Shown here piece after piece: positions 54,215-62,963 of a DNA stretch of 64,000 nt. Each line of letters opens with the position of its first letter. Positions within the stretch are counted from its first letter, which is position 1. Made by a program: the position numbers and the translations under genes. This DNA is from Bacteroidales bacterium. GTDB lineage: Bacteria > Bacteroidota > Bacteroidia > Bacteroidales > F082. The stretch lies in the NCBI GenBank assembly GCA_045613105.1, contig JAZLAI010000017.1:43497-107496 (forward strand). The letters are read 5' to 3'. The notes under the pieces were generated by a model. It was not told the DNA's origin, did not search any database, and saw only the letters and a list, made by a program, of their open reading frames with translations.

Positions 54215-56203
54215 ATGAAAGCAAGTCGTTATATAATCATATTATTTTTATTATTATGCGGATATAACGCATTTCCTCAACTCAATCACAAACATTTCAT
54301 CCTGATGGGACGCATCGACCTGTCGGAAGAAAACTACACTGAAGCCATACACAACTTCAACATGGCAATCATCGCCAAGCCAAACGACTTTGAGGGATAC
54401 TTCCTGAGAGGCATTGCCAAATATAGCCTCAACGACTTCACAGGTGCCGTCAAAGATTTCACCAAGACACTGGAAATACATCCTTTATATGTAAGGGCCT
54501 ACCATTACAGAGGCATATCCAACGACCATCTAGGCAATTACGCAGATGCGAAAAAAGATTATAACAGAGCAATAAAACTCGACCCTTACGATCCAGAACT
54601 ACATATTGCATTGGGCTCCACCAAACTACATCTCAACGAATTTGAAGACGCGATAGCCAGTTTCGATACCGCTATCATAATAAAACCCAGTAATGCCGAT
54701 GCCTACATCAACAGAGGCGTAGCCAAAAGATTCCTCAACAGACTCGATGATGCCGTAGAAGATCTTAACAAAGCCGTCTATTACGATTTCTTCAACATCG
54801 AAGCTCTGGTAAGAAGAGGTATCATACAGATGGAGAGAGAGCAATACAATGATGCATTGCTCGACTTCAATAATGCCTTGAAAATGGACAGCGACAACCC
54901 TATAATCTACTTCCATAGAGGAACCGTGCATCTCAATGTCGGCGACACCATAGCAGCACTGAAAGACTATGAACGCGTCAACAATCTGGATGAACGTAAC
55001 GCCTTGACTTATTTCAACAGAGCTCTGATATACGGACAAATGAAAGAAAACGATATAGCATTGGCACTCTTTGACAAAGTGATAGAGATAAATCCAAATA
55101 ATATATACGGATATTTCAACAGAGGCATACTTTATTATAAGATCCATGAACTCGATAACGCGGAAAACGACTTCACCAAGGTGATAGAACTCTTCCCTGA
55201 TTTCATCGACGCATGGGTAAACAGATCGGTGATACGACATGAAAAAGGTGATATAGAAGGAGCTGAAGCCGACAGATATAAATCCAAAGAAATCATTGAC
55301 TTCATAAGCAACAACGACAAAAACATCGATTCTCTATATAATGTATATTCCAGCGCGATTGACTACGATAAAATCATAGCCTTTGATTCCGATTTCACCA
55401 ACGGCGACAAAGGCGGAAAGCTGGCACAGTTCTCCGCTGTCAACATCAAACCTTTCGGCAATTACATCATAAGCCTGACAGAGTTTGATGCCAAAAACAA
55501 GAAGAAACAAGACCAACGATATTTCATTGATGCAACATTAAGTCATGTAAACGAAAACAAAGATCTCAAAGGATTGAATCTGGCATACATACTACAAGAC
55601 TTCTTCGACGAAAACCACCAATCGTTGATCAACGACTCTGTGATTCAAAACATCAATGATGAAAATCTGAAGACTTTCCTGTATGCTCTAGCTGATTATG
55701 AGATACACAATTATCAACATGCGGAAGACAAGTTCCGTTCATTGGCAAACGACAATGTATATGAGATATATTCCGGAATCAACATAGCAGCTATACAAAA
55801 AGACAAAGCCGAGCTTATATTGGCAAACCACAACTATAGCGACCCTATAAACATTGTCCAGAAGAAGACAACGGAGAAGAAAAGCATACGACAAGAAGAG
55901 AAACCCGATTACACTCATGCGGCAAACACATTGACAGACTTGTCGGAACGCAACAGCAGCAATGCATTTATATGGTATAATCTAGGCAACGTACACCTGC
56001 AGATGCAAGAGTTCCATAAAGCCATCGACGACTATAGCGAAGCGATAAGATATGAAGCCAATCTGGCGGAAGCCTATTATAACAGAGGGCTCACCTTATT
56101 ATTTCTTGGCGAGAAAGAGCTAGCAGTAAGCGATTTGAGCAAAGCAGGCGAGCTTGGTGTAAAGGAAGCTTATGCTGTCATGAAAAGATTCATCAATAAT
56201 TGA
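54215..56203 (+). CDS. Tetratricopeptide (TPR) repeat protein, secreted or periplasmic
   Basis: 662 aa. Signal peptide, about 10 N-terminal TPR units (AxxxFxxAIxxxPxxxxAYxxRG pattern) and 2-3 C-terminal TPRs. Confidence 0.75.
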   Translation: MKASRYIIILFLLLCGYNAFPQLNHKHFILMGRIDLSEENYTEAIHNFNMAIIAKPNDFEGYFLRGIAKYSLNDFTGAVKDFTKTLEIHPLYVRAYHYRGISNDHLGNYADAKKDYNRAIKLDPYDPELHIALGSTKLHLNEFEDAIASFDTAIIIKPSNADAYINRGVAKRFLNRLDDAVEDLNKAVYYDFFNIEALVRRGIIQMEREQYNDALLDFNNALKMDSDNPIIYFHRGTVHLNVGDTIAALKDYERVNNLDERNALTYFNRALIYGQMKENDIALALFDKVIEINPNNIYGYFNRGILYYKIHELDNAENDFTKVIELFPDFIDAWVNRSVIRHEKGDIEGAEADRYKSKEIIDFISNNDKNIDSLYNVYSSAIDYDKIIAFDSDFTNGDKGGKLAQFSAVNIKPFGNYIISLTEFDAKNKKKQDQRYFIDATLSHVNENKDLKGLNLAYILQDFFDENHQSLINDSVIQNINDENLKTFLYALADYEIHNYQHAEDKFRSLANDNVYEIYSGINIAAIQKDKAELILANHNYSDPINIVQKKTTEKKSIRQEEKPDYTHAANTLTDLSERNSSNAFIWYNLGNVHLQMQEFHKAIDDYSEAIRYEANLAEAYYNRGLTLLFLGEKELAVSDLSKAGELGVKEAYAVMKRFINN

Positions 56204-56259
56204 TTTATCTATTATTATTTTTATTTATCTTTACGACACAATTCAAAAGAACAAACATC

Positions 56260-56682
56260 ATGAGAAAAAAGAAGTTATTGATCATTGTATTAATTGTAAT
56301 CGCTGTGTGTATAGTAGCTTTCATAATATGGAAGAAGAGCCAGCCAAAAGAATACACCCCAGAAATATTGGAACCTGAAATATTTGAAGACGAAGTCTAT
56401 GACATCGATATGTTTGTCGGATTATGGCAGTCAGGATCTGTATTTTACAGATACAATGCTGACGGAAGCGGTGTGACATGGGATACTGCCGATGACGTGA
56501 CAGAACATGAAGGAAGCAAATTCACATGGGAAGTCAAGAAGAAAAGATTCATCCATTACCACAGAATGGAAATTAGTGATGCCATAATTCCAAAGACTTA
56601 CAACATCACTAATTTAGACCTTATGAATCTGGAATATAAAGATGATTATAACAATATCAATTCTTTCACCAAGATAGAATAG
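56260..56682 (+). CDS. Small membrane-anchored protein, lipocalin-like fold suspected
   Basis: MRKKKLLIIVLIVIAVCIVAFIIW anchor, then GLWQSGSVFYRYNADGSGVTWD...FTWEV. The track start at 56200 is a non-ATG extension. Confidence 0.45.
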   Translation: MRKKKLLIIVLIVIAVCIVAFIIWKKSQPKEYTPEILEPEIFEDEVYDIDMFVGLWQSGSVFYRYNADGSGVTWDTADDVTEHEGSKFTWEVKKKRFIHYHRMEISDAIIPKTYNITNLDLMNLEYKDDYNNINSFTKIE

Positions 56683-56683
56683 G

Positions 56684-58309
56684 TTACATCTTTATAATTT
56701 TAGGCATCATATCTTTAAACTGCGGCATTGTCATACCTATAGAAGCATTGATATAGGTAGGGTCGCATACATAATATTTCTTTCCTCCGTAAGAGAACAT
56801 ATCGCCGAAGACATTGGTATCGTCACCGAAACACACTGCTGTTGCGAGATGACCTTCATATTGCAATCCAACGACTTTAGCATCAGTATATGTCGTGACA
56901 AGCCAAGCGAACAAAGCCGAACGGTCTTCACAGTCGCTATAAGGATATGCAATAACTTCTTCAGGATAGAAATATTTTTCGTAACCGAACTGCTGATCAT
57001 CTGTTTTATAGTCGAAGGCAGTTTGAACGAAGTTCAGGATGATGTCGATAAACTGTACAGGGGTATATTGTTGTTTCAGCTCATTAAGTTTAGCGTTAAA
57101 TATCTGCTGAGCCTCGATAGCTATAGGCGATGCGAAATAAATAGGGAAGATAGTCATTGGTATGTCATCCATATAAGCTACATGAGCACTATTGTATGGA
57201 AGTTCTATTGATGAATTTATCTTGTTAAAACTCAGTTCTCTTACCATATCACAGCTGCCCATATTAAGAGTATTGTTGAAATCCAATCCAATCTGTTTCA
57301 TGTCTTTTTCCTGTTCACAGTAGTCATATGTATAGATACTTTCTTTTGCTCTGCCACCGCCATAGATGGTATAATATTTCAGATTTTTTCCATCAGACTC
57401 TTTAAAACGGAAGAATGAATACGAATATACTTCTTTGCTATTGTCGATGGCAGCCAACAACGTCAATTTATTTGAATCTTTGCCTCTTGCCGTCTTGACC
57501 TTGAATCCGCCCTCATTTCTGAGCATGTAGAAGTTAAACAAGACTCTGTTATCGACATCTGCCAATATCTCTTCCGAAAGGGTACGCAAGATACAAAAAT
57601 AGCCCCATTCATTAAGGCCCATCTGATTAACATATTCATCAATTTGTCTCCACAAATTTGCAGTCTCCTCAGAAAGCTTGGCCATTTTCTTGAAATAATC
57701 AGCCACGTCCGACTCCTTGTTTCCGTTGTGTTTTACACGCAACGCATCATCAACATCAAAAAACAATTTCTTTCCATAGAAATTAACAGACACATTCCGA
57801 CCCTCATTTATGTCGTGTCTGACAAAAGACTCCGTATCAGCGACGGTGGCAACTTCTTTGACACCAGAGCTTGTCACGGTTTTCTTCAACACATAATTAT
57901 TGTTACGAGGTACATAGCCGCTAACAGAATTAACGCTCTCTATTTTCATCACTGAAGGCAGCTCTTCCATTTCTTTATATTTGACATCATCGGATTCTAT
58001 TTCTGTCAATCCTGACGCTGAAGTTTCAGGAGCTTCCTTCAACTTAGGCAATGTCATTGAAAGTTCCTGGACTTTAAACTCTTCAAACAAAGCCCATTCT
58101 TTAGCCACAAAGTCAGCAAATTCTGCATTTGCCTTTGCCTTAAAATCGACATATTCCTCATTGATTTTTTGAGCCCTGTCATTATAATCCTGCATAAACT
58201 CCGACTGGGCCTGCTTCATAGATTCCAAGTACTTCTTATATTCATCATCCTGAGCAAATAAAGACAAAGCCATCAATGATGACAACACAAGTAGATATAA
58301 CTTTTTCAT
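56684..58309 (-). CDS. Secreted protein with a C-terminal transglutaminase-like Cys-His-Asp core
   Basis: 541 aa. Signal peptide, N-terminal coiled-coil region, C-terminal YPYSDCEDRSALFAWLV...GHLATAV...YYVCDPT. Confidence 0.55.
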   Translation of the reverse strand: MKKLYLLVLSSLMALSLFAQDDEYKKYLESMKQAQSEFMQDYNDRAQKINEEYVDFKAKANAEFADFVAKEWALFEEFKVQELSMTLPKLKEAPETSASGLTEIESDDVKYKEMEELPSVMKIESVNSVSGYVPRNNNYVLKKTVTSSGVKEVATVADTESFVRHDINEGRNVSVNFYGKKLFFDVDDALRVKHNGNKESDVADYFKKMAKLSEETANLWRQIDEYVNQMGLNEWGYFCILRTLSEEILADVDNRVLFNFYMLRNEGGFKVKTARGKDSNKLTLLAAIDNSKEVYSYSFFRFKESDGKNLKYYTIYGGGRAKESIYTYDYCEQEKDMKQIGLDFNNTLNMGSCDMVRELSFNKINSSIELPYNSAHVAYMDDIPMTIFPIYFASPIAIEAQQIFNAKLNELKQQYTPVQFIDIILNFVQTAFDYKTDDQQFGYEKYFYPEEVIAYPYSDCEDRSALFAWLVTTYTDAKVVGLQYEGHLATAVCFGDDTNVFGDMFSYGGKKYYVCDPTYINASIGMTMPQFKDMMPKIIKM

Positions 58310-58325
58310 AGGATTTATTTTTTTA

Positions 58326-58333
58326 CAAATATA
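58326..58333 (-). promoter_or_regulatory. -7 box TATATTTG for the 56684-58309 gene
   Basis: Minus-strand TATATTTG 17 nt upstream of the ATG at 58309. Confidence 0.45.
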
Positions 58334-58367
58334 TATAAAAAAAACAAAATAATCAAGGTTTTAATCA

Positions 58368-59549
58368 TCAAATTGTCACCTTGTTTAATATATCCGTCAA
58401 GGCAGCTATCGCTATGCCGTAATTCGTTATCGGTATATCCTGAGCCTTTGCCTTTCTCACTCTCGACAAGACATGACGGCGAGTAAACATACATGCGCCA
58501 CAATGTATTATGATGTCGTACTGGCTCAGATCTTCAGGAAAGTCGTTGCCCGACACTATATCTATCTGCAGATTTTCACCGAATTTCTTACGCAACATAC
58601 GCGGCAGTTTCACCCTGCCTATATCTTCATTCTGAGGGATATGGGAGCAAGCCTCGGCTATCAGCACTTTCCCGTTCTCTGGCAGTGCCATCAAAGCCTC
58701 GGCTCCTTGGCGGAACGTGTCGATGTCGCCTTTATGACGAGCCATCAATACGGAGAAGGATGTCAGTCTTGTCTCTTTCGGTGTAAGCGGCTGTACTTGT
58801 GCAAACACCTGAGAGTCTGTTATTATCAAGGAAGGAGGAGTCTTGAGATTCTCCAGCATCTGAGGCAGTTCTTCAGGAGCGCAGCACAATGCCAATGCGT
58901 GCTTGTCGAGGAGGTTACGCAATGTTACAACCTGAGGCTGTATAAGTCTTCCTTTTGGAGCCGATGCGTCTTGCGGCATCACCAGTACTACGACATCGCC
59001 GGCCTTTACCAGAGAATACGTTATGTCGTCGAGGTTGTCATCGTTACTATATAGCGATGCCATCTTAGCCAGCAAAGCATCTATACCTGTTTCATTCAAT
59101 GCTGAGACAGGCAGGATCTCCTGCCCCATCATCTCAGTCCATGAATCAATGTCTGAGTCAATATCACATTTCGTCATGACAAATATTGTAGGTATCTCTG
59201 CTTTTTTGAAGAAGTCGCGCCATTCCGTCTCATAAGAAACATCGTCAGGTTTGCCTGTCACCAGTATCAGCGCCATATCTACCTGCTGTGAAGCACGGCG
59301 TGTACGTTCGTTACGCATGATACCCAGTTCGCCAACATCGTCGAAACCGGCAGTGTCGCCAATGACAGCGGCGCCGATGCCTGGCAGTTCTATGTTTTTC
59401 CATACGGTATCGGTAGTAGTACCAGCGACATCAGAGACGATAGAGACATCTTGTCGTGCAAGAGCATTAAGCAAAGTGGATTTACCTACATTACGCTTGC
59501 CGAATATTCCTATATGATAACGGTTTGAACGAGCTGTTGTTTCTTTCAT
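58368..59549 (-). CDS. hydF: [FeFe]-hydrogenase maturation GTPase HydF
   Basis: GKRNVGKST P-loop, DTAG, TKCD, and the C-terminal cluster motif EACSH...IIHCGACM. Confidence 0.88.
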   Translation of the reverse strand: MKETTARSNRYHIGIFGKRNVGKSTLLNALARQDVSIVSDVAGTTTDTVWKNIELPGIGAAVIGDTAGFDDVGELGIMRNERTRRASQQVDMALILVTGKPDDVSYETEWRDFFKKAEIPTIFVMTKCDIDSDIDSWTEMMGQEILPVSALNETGIDALLAKMASLYSNDDNLDDITYSLVKAGDVVVLVMPQDASAPKGRLIQPQVVTLRNLLDKHALALCCAPEELPQMLENLKTPPSLIITDSQVFAQVQPLTPKETRLTSFSVLMARHKGDIDTFRQGAEALMALPENGKVLIAEACSHIPQNEDIGRVKLPRMLRKKFGENLQIDIVSGNDFPEDLSQYDIIIHCGACMFTRRHVLSRVRKAKAQDIPITNYGIAIAALTDILNKVTI

Positions 59550-59554
59550 AACCT

Positions 59555-59600
59555 TGAACCATTAAACTTTCAACCAATGAACCATTGAGCTTTAAACCTA
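59555..59600. repeat. Imperfect 23-nt tandem repeat (tgaaccattaaactttcaaccaa / tgaaccattgagctttaaaccta) in the hydG-hydF spacer
   Basis: 19/23 identity between two directly adjacent units. AAC words recur about every 7 nt through 59621. Confidence 0.75.
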
Positions 59601-59621
59601 AAACTCATAGTTCGTAACCAA

Positions 59622-61040
59622 TTAAAATCTGAAATCTCTCTCACCTCTGTCGATAGCCTCAAGATATTTCGCTGCTGTAGCACGAGCTTTCTCGTTAGGC
59701 ACTGTCTCGAGCAGACGTTGTATCATTGCCTTAGCCTTCTCCTTGACTTCCGGTGAGGCATAGTCGTTAGTGTATTCTTTCAATGTTATCAAGGCATTAG
59801 GCAGACAGCAGTTGGCTATCTGTCCGCTCTTGAGCAGCGACATGAAACGGTCGCCTGTCCTTCCTTCGCGGTAACATGCCGTGCAGAAGCTTGGTATATG
59901 GTCAAGGTCGAGGAGCCATCCCACCACCTCATCGAGTGTACGATGGTCGGCGACGTCAAACTGAGCAGAGTTCTCGCTTTCAGTCTCTGGGACCACATAT
60001 CCGCCGACGCTTGTGCGCGAGCCTCCGCTGATCTGCGAGATACCGAGTTCCAAGAGGCGAGCGCGGCTCTTCTCGCTCTCGCGTGTCGAGATGATCATGC
60101 CAGTATATGGAACTGCTATTCTTATGATAGCGACTATTCTGTAGAAGATGTCGTCAGGAACTGCATTCTTAAAGTCAGCAGTGTCGATGTCGTCTGCCAT
60201 GCAGAGACGAGGCACGCTGATAGTATGAGGACCTACGCCGTAGGTAGCTTCAAGGTGTTCTGCATGCATGAGCAATCCGACGAAGTCGTAACGGTAAGTC
60301 TCCAATCCGAACAAGACACCGATACCCACATCATCGATGCCGCCTTGCATAGCGCGATCCATAGCCTCTGTATGATATGCGTAGTTGCTCTTTGGTCCTG
60401 TAGGATGAAGAGCCTCATAGTTTTCTTTGTTATATGTCTCTTGGAAAAGGATATAAGTACCGATGCCAGCATCGCGAAGCTTCTGGTAATTCTCTACTGT
60501 TGTAGCTGCAATATTCACGTTAACACGGCGTATAGCTCCGTTCTTATGTTTGATGCTGTATATTGTCTTGATGCTTTCCAGGATATATTCGATAGGATTC
60601 TCGACAGGATGTTCGCCAGCTTCGAGGGCAAGACGTTTATGACCCATATCTTGCAAGGCGATGACTTCCTGGCGAATCTCTTCCTGAGTCAGTTTCTTAC
60701 GACGTATGTTTTTATTTTTAAGATGATAAGGACAATACACGCATCCGTTCACGCAATAGTTGGATAGATAAAGCGGAGCGAACATCACTATTCTGTTTCC
60801 ATAGAAACGATGTTTTATCTCGCGGGCTATGTCATATATCTCGTTGATGATATCTTGGTCGTTGCATTCCAAGAGAAGAGCTGCTTCTCTATGGGTGATG
60901 CCCTTACATTCGCGGGCTTTCTGAAGGATAGATTTAATAAGATCTATGTTATCGCTGTTTTCGCGGGCATATGCCATTGTTTCGCGAATCTCGGAATCAT
61001 TGATAAATTCCTCTGCTATCTGAGATTTTATATTATACAT
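59622..61040 (-). CDS. hydG: [FeFe]-hydrogenase maturase HydG (radical SAM tyrosine lyase)
   Basis: 472 aa. CVNGCVYC radical SAM motif and the C-terminal CTACYREGRTGDRF...NCC cluster motif. Confidence 0.9.
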   Translation of the reverse strand: MYNIKSQIAEEFINDSEIRETMAYARENSDNIDLIKSILQKARECKGITHREAALLLECNDQDIINEIYDIAREIKHRFYGNRIVMFAPLYLSNYCVNGCVYCPYHLKNKNIRRKKLTQEEIRQEVIALQDMGHKRLALEAGEHPVENPIEYILESIKTIYSIKHKNGAIRRVNVNIAATTVENYQKLRDAGIGTYILFQETYNKENYEALHPTGPKSNYAYHTEAMDRAMQGGIDDVGIGVLFGLETYRYDFVGLLMHAEHLEATYGVGPHTISVPRLCMADDIDTADFKNAVPDDIFYRIVAIIRIAVPYTGMIISTRESEKSRARLLELGISQISGGSRTSVGGYVVPETESENSAQFDVADHRTLDEVVGWLLDLDHIPSFCTACYREGRTGDRFMSLLKSGQIANCCLPNALITLKEYTNDYASPEVKEKAKAMIQRLLETVPNEKARATAAKYLEAIDRGERDFRF

Positions 61041-61058
61041 TTTATGTTGTTATTTTTG

Positions 61059-62123
61059 TTATTCTTTTTTAAAATCGCCACGGGCATAGTCGATATGATA
61101 GCCTATGGCATTAAGTCTGTCTTCCAATTGTTGCATCTGTTGTGCCGATTCGGCGCCAGTGCTTTTCTTGTTATCGTATATAGAATATTTCTTGCGTTGT
61201 TCGAGAGGCGACACGTTAGGCATCACCACGTTAGCTCCGGCCAACACAGCACGTTCCATTCCGTTGCTGCACAAAGAAGCCAACGCTGTAGTAGCAGGGA
61301 GCAGCACTGTAGGGAAACGCAGCCTAAGTAGAGAGAGCATCAGAATAGTCTTGTCAGCGCTGCCTGGATTCTGTTTCTCGAAAGGAGTATCGGTGGCAGG
61401 TATAAAAGGACCTATGCCTATCATCTGAGGCTGCAGCTCTTCCAGAAAACGTATGTCTTCATATAAATGTTCATCGGTCTGGCCTGGGCTTCCTATCATC
61501 ATTCCGCTGCCGGTCTGAAAGCCGAGGCGTTTCAAGGTAAAGAGACACTCACGACGGTTCTCAGAGCTCATCATAGAAGGATGCAGCATCGAATAATGCT
61601 CATCGTTGCGAGTCTCATGACGCAGCAGAAATCTGTCGGCACCGGCATCTTTGAAAGCGGCATATGCCTCTGCGCTACGCTCGCCCACTGATAAGGTGAT
61701 AGCCTTGTCGGGATAAGCGGCACGTATCGACTTCACCACATCAACGATCCACTCATCGGTCTGACGCGGGTCTTCCCCACCCTGCATGACGAAAGTGTTG
61801 AAGCCTAGAGCATCTGCTTCCTTACAACAGGTCATGATCTCTTCTTTGGTGAGACGATAACGCTGCGCGTTGGTATTGGAAGCACGGATGCCACAATAAT
61901 AACAGTTGTTACGACAATAGGAACTTATTTCGAGAAGAGCTCTCACAAAGACACCTTTACCATAATGTGTCACAGCTACTTCTTGAGCTTTAGAGCGAAG
62001 ATATTCTCGCTCTTCCGCATCTAACGAAGAAAGTAAAACCATCCACTCTTCGCGGCTAAGTTTATCTCCCGAAGCAAGACGATCTATGATTTCGCGATGA
62101 TGATAATTTTCTTTTTCGTACAT
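61059..62123 (-). CDS. hydE: [FeFe]-hydrogenase maturase HydE (radical SAM)
   Basis: CRNNCYYCGIR motif with BioB-like architecture, directly upstream of hydG-hydF. The ATG at 62123 is preferred over the TTG at 62150. Confidence 0.85.
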   Translation of the reverse strand: MYEKENYHHREIIDRLASGDKLSREEWMVLLSSLDAEEREYLRSKAQEVAVTHYGKGVFVRALLEISSYCRNNCYYCGIRASNTNAQRYRLTKEEIMTCCKEADALGFNTFVMQGGEDPRQTDEWIVDVVKSIRAAYPDKAITLSVGERSAEAYAAFKDAGADRFLLRHETRNDEHYSMLHPSMMSSENRRECLFTLKRLGFQTGSGMMIGSPGQTDEHLYEDIRFLEELQPQMIGIGPFIPATDTPFEKQNPGSADKTILMLSLLRLRFPTVLLPATTALASLCSNGMERAVLAGANVVMPNVSPLEQRKKYSIYDNKKSTGAESAQQMQQLEDRLNAIGYHIDYARGDFKKE

Positions 62124-62127
62124 GTTA

Positions 62128-62135
62128 CAAAAATA
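62128..62135 (-). promoter_or_regulatory. -7 box TATTTTTG 4 nt upstream of the hydE ATG (near-leaderless)
   Basis: The minus strand reads TATTTTTGTAACATG. Confidence 0.45.
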
Positions 62136-62195
62136 CAAAATAAAAATCAATCTGTGTTGATTTTTATAAAATTTATAACGTAAAAAAAGTACAAA

Positions 62196-62960
62196 TTAAA
62201 ACGAATACCAAGCCTTGAACTCCGACACTTTTGCTTTGCTTACTATGATTTTCTCTTCTGTAGGAATCGTCAGATTAAGGGATATTTTGTTACCGAACCA
62301 TATCGATACATCTTTGATGGCTTCATGAGCCACTATATATTGACGATTGGCCCTGAAGAATTTCCTAGGATTCAACTGATTCATCATCTCATCCAGATTC
62401 TGATTCATATAATAGACCTTGCCGGAATATGTAACAGCCTTGATGAGCTTCAGATCTATATAGATATAGGCGATGTCTTTTGAGGCTAGCGGAAGCAACT
62501 TATCTCGCTCCGGTATCAGAAAATATTCTTTATAATTATTAAATTTCTCTGTATCTGTAAAGAAATGACTGACAAGTTTCTTATAATCCGAGCTGCTATT
62601 TTCACCTTTGAGATTTCTGTATTTATTCAAGGCTCTCTGCAAGTCGTCTTTGTCAATAGGCTTCAAAAGATAATCGATGCTGTTGACTTCAAAAGCCTTA
62701 AGCGCATATTCGTCGTATGCCGTTGTGAAGATTATCGGACATCTGACATCTGTCTTCTCAAAGATGGAAAATGACGAGCCATCTGCAAGATGAATGTCAA
62801 CGAACAACAAATCGGGATGCTGGTTATCTTCGAGCCATTCCACACTGTCTTCCACGGTCTGCAACACTGCCAACACTTCTATATCTTCATCCAACTGGCT
62901 GATAAGATTTTTTAACAAATCGGCAGCTATCTTCTCATCTTCTATAATAACGGCTTTCAT
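62196..62960 (-). CDS. LytR/AlgR-family response regulator (receiver plus LytTR)
   Basis: MKAVIIEDE..., FVDIHLADGSS, and the C-terminal LytTR pattern (IAYIYIDLKLIKAV...FFRANRQYIVAHEAI). Confidence 0.88.
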   Translation of the reverse strand: MKAVIIEDEKIAADLLKNLISQLDEDIEVLAVLQTVEDSVEWLEDNQHPDLLFVDIHLADGSSFSIFEKTDVRCPIIFTTAYDEYALKAFEVNSIDYLLKPIDKDDLQRALNKYRNLKGENSSSDYKKLVSHFFTDTEKFNNYKEYFLIPERDKLLPLASKDIAYIYIDLKLIKAVTYSGKVYYMNQNLDEMMNQLNPRKFFRANRQYIVAHEAIKDVSIWFGNKISLNLTIPTEEKIIVSKAKVSEFKAWYSF

Positions 62961-62963
62961 CTC

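Noticed and set aside
59898-60767. 289-aa ORF antisense to hydG, and similarly 54626-55240 antisense to the TPR gene and 58473-59054 antisense to hydF
   Set aside because: All lie fully inside well-supported genes on the other strand, with no family resemblance.
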